Part shown: piece by piece, positions 27,167-35,646 of the stretch
How positions within the stretch are numbered: the first letter of the stretch is position 1
Layout: each line of letters begins with the position of its first letter
DNA from: Paracoccaceae bacterium
GTDB taxonomy: Bacteria > Pseudomonadota > Alphaproteobacteria > Rhodobacterales > Rhodobacteraceae
Length of the DNA stretch: 64,000 nt
Assembly (NCBI GenBank): GCA_051646105.1
Contig: JBOFCO010000234.1
Span: forward strand, 14,000 to 77,999
Direction of reading: 5' to 3'
The notes under the pieces: generated by a model
Databases searched by the model: none
Told to the model about the DNA's origin: nothing
Seen by the model: only the letters and a program-made list of their open reading frames with translations
Translations under genes and position numbers: made by a program

Positions 27167-28168
27167 ATGCGTCGTGTCACCGTAGCAGCGATCATGCAGG
27201 AAACCGGCCTTTCAAGGGCGACGGTCGACAGGGTGCTGAACGGCCGGGGCAATGTTCATCCCCGCACGAAAGCCGTGGTCGAGCAGGCCTTTCGACAGCT
27301 CGCAGCCCCACAACCTGATCAACGTCCGCTAACGCCTGTCGCCGACATCGCTCTTCGTGTCGGGCGCGGGATGCTGGCACAGATGCGGGACGGCTGGGCG
27401 GAATCCGGGGCGCAGGGGGCGTTCGAAGACCTGCACCTGGCATCCGAGGAACAGGTGCTGCGCAGGGTAGAGGGCCTGTGCAAGGATATCACACGCCCGC
27501 TGATCCTGACCGCAAAGAATTCCGACCGGTTGGTGGCTTTGCTGAAAGCGGCCCGGGCGCGGGGCAAGCGCGTCATCGCGGTCGTGTCCGATCTGGCGCC
27601 GGCGGCACGGGATGCCTTCGTCGGGATCGATGATCGCGCTGCAGGACAAACTGCGGCCTTTCTGATCGGCCGCATGCTTGGTGACCGGCCTACAACTGTG
27701 GGCGTGGTGCTGGGCAACATCGCCTTTCGTTGTCACGAAGACCGTGAAATCGGGTTCCGCACCGGGCTTCGGGCCCATTTCCCGAAAGTGATCCTGTCAG
27801 CCGAGGCGCAGGGCGAAGACAGCGCCACGCTGACGCGGGAAGCCGTGCTGCGGATGCTGAAAAACAACCCGGCGCTTGGGGCCATCTACAATGTCGGCGG
27901 CGGCAATGTCGGTCTGGTCGAGGCCCTGCGACAGGTGGATCGCGGCCGCGACATACTTGTTGTCGGACACGAGGTGAATGGTGTGACCGCGCCGTTGTTG
28001 CGCGACGGCGGCATGGATTTCGCACTGGCAGGCAGCACCCGCGCGGTGCTTGACCGTGCTTTGGAACTGGCCATGTCCGCCACGACCGAAACCCTTCCTG
28101 ACAGGTCGCTGGTCGATCTGGCGGTCTATACACGGTTCAACCTGCCGATGGCTGTCGATACCGCCTGA
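27167..28168 (+). CDS. LacI-family transcriptional regulator
   Basis: N-terminal VTVAAIMQETGLSRATVDRVLNGRGNVHPRTKAVVEQA HTH followed by a periplasmic-binding-protein-like effector domain. Confidence 0.85.
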   Translation: MRRVTVAAIMQETGLSRATVDRVLNGRGNVHPRTKAVVEQAFRQLAAPQPDQRPLTPVADIALRVGRGMLAQMRDGWAESGAQGAFEDLHLASEEQVLRRVEGLCKDITRPLILTAKNSDRLVALLKAARARGKRVIAVVSDLAPAARDAFVGIDDRAAGQTAAFLIGRMLGDRPTTVGVVLGNIAFRCHEDREIGFRTGLRAHFPKVILSAEAQGEDSATLTREAVLRMLKNNPALGAIYNVGGGNVGLVEALRQVDRGRDILVVGHEVNGVTAPLLRDGGMDFALAGSTRAVLDRALELAMSATTETLPDRSLVDLAVYTRFNLPMAVDTA

Positions 28169-28465
28169 TCCCGAATCGCCATCGCGGGATACAGGATTGA
28201 TCCGGCACCATCCCATGTCTCACGCCGCTGCATTCGTCTTGCAGGATTTCGGGCCGGGCAAAGTGGAGATCGCATGAAAGATGCAAAAAGACGCATCTTG
28301 AGCGGAAACTGGACGTGAAATGAATATTCCGATTGCGTCAAAACTGGAATGCGAACCAATAGGCCCAAGACCGCATTGCGGTTGGCAATCTTCCTCCACG
28401 GAAGACGCTCCCAAAGCGGATGGCCGGGCAGGCTGCTGCCCGGCCAGCAATCGGAGAAGACGGCG

Positions 28466-29470
28466 ATGGACGACCTGAAATTCGGCACCCGCGACAAGCG
28501 TGGAAACTGGAGCCCGAGCGAACCGCTCGTCCATGCGCCGTTGTTTGCGTTTCCACCGAAACCGTTGGCCCTGCTGAAATGGCTGCCACACTACTTTCTG
28601 CCGTGGAATGTGATCTGGGCCGCATCCGCAGTGGCATGGTGGCTGTGGGTGGTGCCGGAAAAGACCGCCATGCAATCGCTGCACTGGGGTTGGGTGCTGT
28701 GGCTGTTTGCCGTCAACTGTATCGCCGTCTTTCTGTTCTACGGCGCGATGGAGTTGCATCTGTATGTGCGCCGGGCACAGGGGACGCGTTTCAAGTACAA
28801 CGCCAAGTTTCCCGCCGACCACAAGTCATCCGCCTTCATGTTCCAAAGCCAGACAATCGATAGCCTGATCCGGGCTTTTGGCACCGGCGTTCCGATCTGG
28901 ACCGCATGGGAAGTTCTGGTTCTGTGGGCCTGGGCGAATGACATTGGCCTATGGGTCAGTCTGACCGAACATCCATGGTATCTTTTCGCGGTCTGGCTTG
29001 TGCTGCCGGTGATCCATGAATTCCATTTCTTCGTGATCCACCGTCTGATCCACACGCCGTTCCTGTATAAGTGGGTTCATTCGGTGCACCACAATTCGGT
29101 GAACCCCAGCCCCTGGTCATCGCTGTCGATGCATCCGGTGGAACATCTGCTGTACTTCGCGACCGCCGCCTATCATTTCATCATCCCGTCCCACCCGCTG
29201 CTGGCCATCTATCAGCTGCATTTCGCCGGGTTTGGGGCTGTTGTCGGCCATATCGGCTTTGACAAGATCGAGGTGACAGACGACGGCGGCGTCGACAGCC
29301 ACGCCTTCGCCCACTACCTGCATCACAAGTATTTCGAAGTGAACTACGGCGACGGGTTGATCCCTCTCGACCGATGGTTCGGCACCTGGCACGACGGCAG
29401 CAAGGATGGCGATGCGCGGATGAACGCCCGCTATGAACGCCGCAAGGCCAAGGCCAACGCCAGCACCTGA
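28466..29470 (+). CDS. Fatty-acid-hydroxylase/sterol-desaturase-superfamily membrane di-iron oxygenase (MocD-like)
   Basis: His boxes HEFHFFVIHRLIH, HSVHHNSVNP and HYLHHKYFEVNYG, with several N-terminal hydrophobic helices. ATG at 28466 (aa 40 of ORF 28349..29470) preceded by GGAGAAG. Confidence 0.75.
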   Translation: MDDLKFGTRDKRGNWSPSEPLVHAPLFAFPPKPLALLKWLPHYFLPWNVIWAASAVAWWLWVVPEKTAMQSLHWGWVLWLFAVNCIAVFLFYGAMELHLYVRRAQGTRFKYNAKFPADHKSSAFMFQSQTIDSLIRAFGTGVPIWTAWEVLVLWAWANDIGLWVSLTEHPWYLFAVWLVLPVIHEFHFFVIHRLIHTPFLYKWVHSVHHNSVNPSPWSSLSMHPVEHLLYFATAAYHFIIPSHPLLAIYQLHFAGFGAVVGHIGFDKIEVTDDGGVDSHAFAHYLHHKYFEVNYGDGLIPLDRWFGTWHDGSKDGDARMNARYERRKAKANAST

Positions 29471-29557
29471 GATTACCGAAATCAGTGTCTGACCTGACGC
29501 CAGGATTGGCGAAGGGCGGCGCTGTGTCCGAAGACTGCAACCAAAAGGGAGGAAACC

Positions 29558-30499
29558 ATGAAACAACTTGCTCTTGCCGCCAGCATGACGGCGCTGCTGG
29601 CCGGGACCGCCGGGGCCGAAACGATCGGCGTCAGCATCGTGAATTTCGACAACAACTTTCAGACTCTGCTTCGTCAGGGGATCGAGGCCCGCGCGGGCGA
29701 GGTCGGCGCCGAGGTGCAGATAGAGGATGCACAGAACGACAGCGCCAAGCAGCTTGACCAGATCAACAACTTCATCGCCAGCGGCGTGGATGCGATCATC
29801 GTGACGCTGGTTGATACCGCAGCCTCGCCCGCGATTACCGAAGCGGCAAAGGCTGGCGGCGTGCCGCTGGTCTATGTCAACCTTGAACCGCAAGACCTGT
29901 CGGCCCTGCCGGAAAATCAGGTCTATGTCGGCTCGAATGAAATCGAATCCGGCACACTGGGTGCTTTCGAAGCCTGCAAGCTGCTGCGCGCGCAGGGCAA
30001 GTCCTCCGGTGCGGAAGGGTTCATCATCATGGGCAGCCTGTCGCATCAGGCGGCCTTGCAGCGGACGAAGGATGTCGAGGATATCGTCGGCACCGACATG
30101 TGCAGTTTCATCAAGATCAACGACAAGCAATCGTCGGAATGGTCGCGCGAAGGAGCGCAGAACCTGATGACGAACTGGCTTTCGACGGGTGCGACGCCGG
30201 ATGTGGTTTTTGCCAACAACGATGAATCGGCCTTGGGTGCGATCCTTTCCCTGAAGTCCGCGAACATCCCGATGGAGGATGTGGTGGTTGTCGGCGTGGA
30301 CGCCACTGCCGACGCGCTGCAATTCATGCAGGCGGGCGATCTGGACGTGACCGTGTTCCAGAACGCCAAGGCACAGGGTGGTGGTGGCGTCGACGTGGCG
30401 CTGAAGCTGGTCAAGGGCGAGCCCGTGGAAAGGGTCAATTACGTGCCCTTCGAACTTGTCACCCCCGCCAACATGGCCGATTACGTCGGCAAGAACTGA
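29558..30499 (+). CDS. Periplasmic sugar/inositol-type substrate-binding protein (ribose-binding-protein fold; MocB-like), with no adjacent permease or ATPase
   Basis: Signal peptide MKQLALAASMTALLAGTAGA, then ETIGVSIVNFDNNFQTLLRQGIE, typical of cluster-B sugar SBPs. GGGAGG RBS. Confidence 0.85.
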   Translation: MKQLALAASMTALLAGTAGAETIGVSIVNFDNNFQTLLRQGIEARAGEVGAEVQIEDAQNDSAKQLDQINNFIASGVDAIIVTLVDTAASPAITEAAKAGGVPLVYVNLEPQDLSALPENQVYVGSNEIESGTLGAFEACKLLRAQGKSSGAEGFIIMGSLSHQAALQRTKDVEDIVGTDMCSFIKINDKQSSEWSREGAQNLMTNWLSTGATPDVVFANNDESALGAILSLKSANIPMEDVVVVGVDATADALQFMQAGDLDVTVFQNAKAQGGGGVDVALKLVKGEPVERVNYVPFELVTPANMADYVGKN

Positions 30500-30550
30500 A
30501 ACACCGGGCCGGGTTTCGCGCCCGGCCCCACCTGCCTGAGGATTGTTACG

Positions 30551-30865
30551 ATGACCGCATGGATTGACGTTTGTCCGCTGGACGAGATCGAGGAAGAGGG
30601 CGTAAGGCGGTTTGATCACAGTGGGCAGACCTATGCCGTCTACCGCATGACCGGGGAGGAAGTGTTCTGTTCCGACGGGCTTTGCACACACGAAGCTGTG
30701 CATCTGTCGGAAGGGATGCTGATGGACTACGAAATCGAATGCCCCAAGCATTCGGGCATTTTCGATATCCGCAGCGGAGAGGCAAGGCGCCTGCCCGCCT
30801 GCGTGAACCTGCGGACCTATCCGGCCGAAGTGTCAGGCGGAACCATTCGTATTCTTGTCGGATAG
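30551..30865 (+). CDS. Rieske [2Fe-2S] ferredoxin (MocE-like small electron carrier)
   Basis: 104 aa with CTHEAVH...CPKHSGIFD (CxH...CxxH) Rieske ligands. Confidence 0.85.
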   Translation: MTAWIDVCPLDEIEEEGVRRFDHSGQTYAVYRMTGEEVFCSDGLCTHEAVHLSEGMLMDYEIECPKHSGIFDIRSGEARRLPACVNLRTYPAEVSGGTIRILVG

Positions 30866-31051
30866 CAGGATCACCAGCACCTTTTCCGCACTGATATCGG
30901 CACGACTGCGCCGCTGACCGGGCTCGGCTTTCCATTGCGCAAGGTTTTTGCGCCAACCTGCCTCTGGATGTCATCATTTCGGGCAACGGCGGATAGCGGC
31001 CTTTCCTGTCACTCTTTCCCGAAGAGCTCCTTGTTACGAATCGGCATTTGC

Positions 31052-31069
31052 TTTTACCGTTTGGTAAAA
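31052..31069. promoter_or_regulatory. Perfect inverted repeat TTTTACC-gttt-GGTAAAA upstream of the BMP-type binding protein gene
   Basis: Read directly. About 40 nt upstream of the ATG at 31109. Candidate operator. Confidence 0.35.
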
Positions 31070-31108
31070 AATACCGGCTTCCACAGCTCCAACGGGATGG
31101 GTGACAGA

Positions 31109-32122
31109 ATGGACAAAGGGATTTTCAGCGTTTCAAGGCGCGGCCTGCTGGCGGGCGGCGCTGCCTCGCTTGCGGTTGCCGGGGTGCCGCTTCGCGTGTT
31201 CGCGGCCGATCCGGTCAAGATGGCGGGTATCTATACCGTGCCCGTTGAACAACAGTGGGTCAGCCGGATCCATCAGGCAGCAGAGGCTGCCAAGGCGGCA
31301 GGTCTCGTGGAATACACCTACACCGAGAATGTCGCAAATACCGACTATCCCCGCGTGATGCGCGAGTATTGTGAATCCGGGGTCAGGCTGATCGTCGGCG
31401 AAATCTTCGGCGCAGAACAGGAAGCGCGCGAGGTCTGCACGGAATATCCGGATGTGGCCTTCCTGCTTGGCTCGTCCTTCATGCCCGATGCCGCGGCCAA
31501 TCCCAATCTTTCGGTATTCGACAACTACATCCAGGACGCGGCCTATCTTTCCGGGATCGTCGCCGGCGGGATGACCAAAGGCAACATCGGCATGGTGGGC
31601 GGTTTCCCCATTCCAGAGGTGAACCGACTGATGAATGCCTTCATGGCCGGTGTGCGTGAGGTGAAGCCGGATGCGAAATTCCAGGTGTCCTTCATTGGCT
31701 CGTGGTTTGATCCGCCCAAGGCCAAGGAAACCGCAATCGCGATGATCGACGGAGGTGCCGATCTGCTTTACGCGGAACGGTTCGGTGTGTCCGACGCCGC
31801 GAAAGAGCGGGGGGTTCTGGCCATCGGCAACGTCATCGACACGCAGGCCGACTATCCGGATACTGTCGTCGCCAGCGCGCTGTGGCATTTCGAACCGACC
31901 CTGAACAAGGCCATCGAAGCGGTCGCCGGCGGCAGCTTTGCCGCCGAAAATTACGGAATCTATTCCCAGATGAATGCGGGTGGCTGCTCTCTGGCGCCCC
32001 TAGGCACGTTCGAGGGCAAGGTTCCGGCAGAAGTCATGACACTGGTGGCAGAAAAGGAAGCGGCAATCAGATCGGGCGCGTTTACAGTGACGATTGATGA
32101 CAGCGAGCCGAAGCCATCGTGA
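31109..32122 (+). CDS. BMP-family (PnrA/Med-like) ABC transporter substrate-binding protein
   Basis: Tat/Sec-like leader MDKGIFSVSRRGLLAGGAASLAVAG. BMP-family pattern (GMVGGFPIPEVNRLMNAFMAGV). Followed by a duplicated ATPase and two permeases, the standard BMP/nucleoside transporter layout. Confidence 0.85.
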   Translation: MDKGIFSVSRRGLLAGGAASLAVAGVPLRVFAADPVKMAGIYTVPVEQQWVSRIHQAAEAAKAAGLVEYTYTENVANTDYPRVMREYCESGVRLIVGEIFGAEQEAREVCTEYPDVAFLLGSSFMPDAAANPNLSVFDNYIQDAAYLSGIVAGGMTKGNIGMVGGFPIPEVNRLMNAFMAGVREVKPDAKFQVSFIGSWFDPPKAKETAIAMIDGGADLLYAERFGVSDAAKERGVLAIGNVIDTQADYPDTVVASALWHFEPTLNKAIEAVAGGSFAAENYGIYSQMNAGGCSLAPLGTFEGKVPAEVMTLVAEKEAAIRSGAFTVTIDDSEPKPS

Positions 32123-33669
32123 TGACGCGCCGGAGTGAGGCGGGGGAAACGGTCCTCCGCCTTGACGGCATCAGCAAAAGGTTTGGCGCGTTTCTGGCCA
32201 ATGACAACATTTCCCTTGTCGTCAGGGCGGGGGAAGTTGTCGCGCTTCTTGGCGAAAACGGGGCTGGAAAGACCACGCTGATGAACATCCTGTTCGGGCA
32301 CTACGTGGCCGATGCAGGGCAGGTGGAGGTGTTCGGGAAACCCCTTCCGCCCGGAAATCCGCGTGTGGCGCTGACCGCCGGTGTGGGCATGGTTCACCAG
32401 CACTTCACGCTGGCCGACAATCTGACCGTGGCGGAAAATATCGGGCTGGGCACGGAAAGCCTGTGGTCTGCGGGCACGGGCAAGGCGGCTGTGCGGGCGC
32501 GCATCCAGACGATTGCACGGGATTTCGGCCTTGCGATCCATCCAGATGCCACGGTTGCCAGCCTGAGCGTCGGTGAACGGCAACGGGTCGAGATACTCAA
32601 GGCACTGTATCGGCGGGCACGGGTGCTGATCCTGGATGAACCGACTGCCGTTTTGACACCACAGGAAAGTGAGGCGCTGTTTGCTACCCTGCGCAAGGCG
32701 ACGGCGCAGGGACTGGCGGTCGTTCTTATCAGCCACAAGCTGCACGAGGTAATGGGCATCGCCGATCGGGCAGTAGTGCTGCGCCACGGTCGTGTTGTTG
32801 CCGAAACCGCGATTGCGGAAACTGACCGGGACAGACTCGCTGCGGCGATGGTGGGCGGAGAGGTGCCCTTGCCCAAGGCGGGGCTTCGTGCGCCCGGAAC
32901 AGTGCTTATGCGGCTGGACAGGGTGACAGTGCCTGTTCAGGGCGCCGCCCCGGGATTGCAAGGGATCGATCTGGATATTTGCGCCGGGCAGATTGTCGGT
33001 CTTGCCGGGGTGTCCGGGAACGGGCAATCGGCCATTGCGGATCTGATATCTGGTCTTGTGCGCCCGTCCGGCGGCACTTTGTGGCTGAAGGGCGTGCCGG
33101 TCCGGGGCTGGTCGCCGCGTCAGGCTCTGGCGCATGGCATCGCGCGGATACCGGAAGACCGTCACAGGACCGGTACGGTTGCAGATTTCACATTGACGGA
33201 GAATGCGGTTCTGGAAGCCTACAGCCGCGCGCCGTTCAGCCGGGGTGGCTGGATGAACTGGCCTGCTGCCGAAAATTTCGCCCGTGACATCATCGGCAAG
33301 TATGACGTGCGCTGCCCCGGCCCTGATCAACGCATCCGGCTGCTTTCGGGTGGCAACATGCAGAAGCTGATCCTGGGCCGCGTTCTGGAGGCGCGGCCAG
33401 AGATCATCCTGGCCAACCAACCGGTGCGCGGGCTGGATGTGGGTGCCATTGCGTATGTCCATTCCCAACTGATCGCTGCGCGTGATGCGGGCGCTGCCGT
33501 CATGCTGATTTCCGAGGATCTGGACGAAGTCATGGCCCTGTCCGATGTCATTCATGTGATTTCACAGGGGCGCCTTTCACCGGCCTTTGCACGCGGCAGC
33601 AAAACCCAGGCGGAACTGGGCGTGTGGATGGCGGGTCAGGGATTCAGGGACGGTGCTGATGCGGCTTGA
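32119..33669 (+). CDS. ABC transporter ATP-binding protein (two fused ATPase domains)
   Basis: Walker A GENGAGKTT and second-domain GVSGNGQSA. Signatures LSVGERQRVEI and LSGGNMQKL. Confidence 0.9.
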   Translation: MMTRRSEAGETVLRLDGISKRFGAFLANDNISLVVRAGEVVALLGENGAGKTTLMNILFGHYVADAGQVEVFGKPLPPGNPRVALTAGVGMVHQHFTLADNLTVAENIGLGTESLWSAGTGKAAVRARIQTIARDFGLAIHPDATVASLSVGERQRVEILKALYRRARVLILDEPTAVLTPQESEALFATLRKATAQGLAVVLISHKLHEVMGIADRAVVLRHGRVVAETAIAETDRDRLAAAMVGGEVPLPKAGLRAPGTVLMRLDRVTVPVQGAAPGLQGIDLDICAGQIVGLAGVSGNGQSAIADLISGLVRPSGGTLWLKGVPVRGWSPRQALAHGIARIPEDRHRTGTVADFTLTENAVLEAYSRAPFSRGGWMNWPAAENFARDIIGKYDVRCPGPDQRIRLLSGGNMQKLILGRVLEARPEIILANQPVRGLDVGAIAYVHSQLIAARDAGAAVMLISEDLDEVMALSDVIHVISQGRLSPAFARGSKTQAELGVWMAGQGFRDGADAA

Positions 33670-34702
33670 GCCAATTGAAAACCCATCAGTGGCGCGCCGG
33701 ATCGGGATGCCGCTTGCCGCGCTTGGGGCGACACTGGTCGTTGCGGCAGTGCTTGCCCTGATTGCAGGCGCAAATCCGGTTGCCGCACTGGTGCAGATCG
33801 CTGTCGGTGCCATGGGATCAAAGCTGGCCATCCTTGAAACCCTGAACCGTGCGACGCCGCTTGTGTTTACCGGGCTGGCGGTCGCCGTGGCATTTCGGGC
33901 AAAGCTGTGGAACATCGGCGCAGAGGCGCAGCTTTATGCCGGGGCCATCACGGCGGTCGTTCTGGGCACAGGCGCGCTGGGTAGCCCCCTTGCTTTGCCG
34001 GTTTCCGCACTGGCGGCGATGCTGGCGGGTGCGCTGGTGCTTCTGCTGCCCGTTATCCTGAAAACGCGGCTTGGTGTGGACGAGGTGGTGACGACGCTGC
34101 TGTTCAACTTCATCATGCTGCTTTTTGTCAGTTACCTGCTGGAAGGACCGATGAAGGATCCTATGGGCATGGGCTGGCCAAAGTCCTCTCCCCTGATAAA
34201 GGAGGCGCGCCTGCCGCGTCTGGTCGATGGCCTGCGTCTGCACTGGGGGTTTGGTCTGGCGCTGATTGCCGCCTGTGTTGTGTGGGTGATCCAGACCCGC
34301 ACCACGCTCGGGTTCGAGATGCGCGCCGTCGGTCAGAACCCGGCAGCGGCGCGCTTTGCCGGAATGCCGGTGAATGCGGTTCTGATAAAGACCGCACTCC
34401 TGTCCGGGGGGCTTGCCGCACTTGCCGGCTGGTCCGAGGTGGCGGGGCTGAAAGGGCACCTCAGCCTCGATCTCTCTCCGGGGTTCGGTTACACGGGCAT
34501 CATCGTGGCCATGCTGGCGCTACTGCATCCGCTTGGCGTTGTGGCGACAGCGATCTTTGTTGCGGGTATTTTCGTGGGCTCTGACGCGATGAGCCGTGCG
34601 GCGAACGTTCCGACCTATATTGCCGACATGCTGCTGGCGACCGCGCTTCTGGCGATGGTGCTGGCGATCTTCCTGACAAGGGTGAGGGTGCTGCGGGGAT
34701 GA
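33659..34702 (+). CDS. ABC transporter permease
   Basis: Polytopic hydrophobic protein. ATG at 33659 (aa 25 of ORF 33587..34702) overlaps the ATPase end. Confidence 0.85.
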   Translation: MRLEPIENPSVARRIGMPLAALGATLVVAAVLALIAGANPVAALVQIAVGAMGSKLAILETLNRATPLVFTGLAVAVAFRAKLWNIGAEAQLYAGAITAVVLGTGALGSPLALPVSALAAMLAGALVLLLPVILKTRLGVDEVVTTLLFNFIMLLFVSYLLEGPMKDPMGMGWPKSSPLIKEARLPRLVDGLRLHWGFGLALIAACVVWVIQTRTTLGFEMRAVGQNPAAARFAGMPVNAVLIKTALLSGGLAALAGWSEVAGLKGHLSLDLSPGFGYTGIIVAMLALLHPLGVVATAIFVAGIFVGSDAMSRAANVPTYIADMLLATALLAMVLAIFLTRVRVLRG

Positions 34703-35646
34703 GCGCGCTTTACGAAATTCTCATTTCAGCAAGCTTCTGGGCGGCGGTGGTGCGCATAGCGTCGCCGCTGATCTTTGCCACCATGGGGGAATTGATCTGT
34801 GAAAGGGCGGGCGTCCTGAACCTGGGGATCGAGGGGATCATGGTCGTGGGCGCCTTTACCGGGTGGATGGCTGTCTATCTGGGATTTCCGCTTTGGGGTG
34901 GGGTGGGGGTGGCGATGCTGGCGGGCATGCTGTTCGGCCTGCTGCATTCTGTTCTGACCGTGCCCTTTGGCCTGTCGCAGCATGTCGTCGGCCTGGGGGT
35001 AACGCTGCTGGCCACTTCGACAAGCTCTTTCGCCTATCGGTTGCTGCTGCCCGAGGTGACAAGCCCGCCAAAGATCGACCCGTTTCAACCGCTTGAAATC
35101 CCGGTCCTGTCCGATCTGCCATTGATCGGCGAAGCATTGTTCAGCCAGACCGCGCTGACCTATCTGGCCTTTGTGGTGGCAATCGCAACGGCGCTTGTCC
35201 TGTTCCGTACGCCGTTGGGGCTGGCGCTGCGGGCGGTGGGTGAAAACCCCGCCGCGGTCGAGGCGCAGGGGCTTTCCGTTACCGGCCTGCGCATGGGGGC
35301 GGTGATCGCAGGATCGGGGCTGATGGCGGTTGGCGGGGCGTTCCTGACGCTTTCCGCCTTTTCCAGCTTTTTCTTTGAAATGGTCAACGGGCGTGGCTGG
35401 ATCTGTATTGCGCTCGTGGTCTTCGGGGCATGGAAACCGGGCAAGGCTCTGCTGGGCGCACTTCTGTTTGCCGCTTTTGACGCGATGCAGATACGTCTTC
35501 AGCAAACACCGATCGGCGCAGGGATACCCTATCAGGTGTTCCTGATGGCACCCTATGTGCTGTCCATCCTGGCGCTGATCCTGATGTCGCGCCGGGCGCA
35601 GGTGCCCGCCGCATTGATGATACCCTACACCAAGGGGGAGCGGTGA
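34699..35646 (+). CDS. ABC transporter permease
   Basis: Polytopic hydrophobic protein. Its start overlaps the upstream stop (ATGA). Confidence 0.85.
   Translation: MSALYEILISASFWAAVVRIASPLIFATMGELICERAGVLNLGIEGIMVVGAFTGWMAVYLGFPLWGGVGVAMLAGMLFGLLHSVLTVPFGLSQHVVGLGVTLLATSTSSFAYRLLLPEVTSPPKIDPFQPLEIPVLSDLPLIGEALFSQTALTYLAFVVAIATALVLFRTPLGLALRAVGENPAAVEAQGLSVTGLRMGAVIAGSGLMAVGGAFLTLSAFSSFFFEMVNGRGWICIALVVFGAWKPGKALLGALLFAAFDAMQIRLQQTPIGAGIPYQVFLMAPYVLSILALILMSRRAQVPAALMIPYTKGER

Noticed and set aside
29117-30751. 544-aa minus-strand ORF across the MocD-like 3' end, the SBP and the Rieske gene
   Set aside because: It crosses three independently supported plus-strand genes and their intergenic spacers, and shows no domain signature.
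31031-31040. TGTTACGAA (GTAACA on the minus strand) upstream of the BMP transporter as a further SigF-type promoter
   Set aside because: Its orientation points away from the operon, and no appropriately spaced CGAA element follows. This is most likely a chance occurrence.
31960-33555. 531-aa minus-strand ORF antisense to the ABC ATPase
   Set aside because: A shadow ORF. The plus frame has duplicated Walker A/B and signature motifs.
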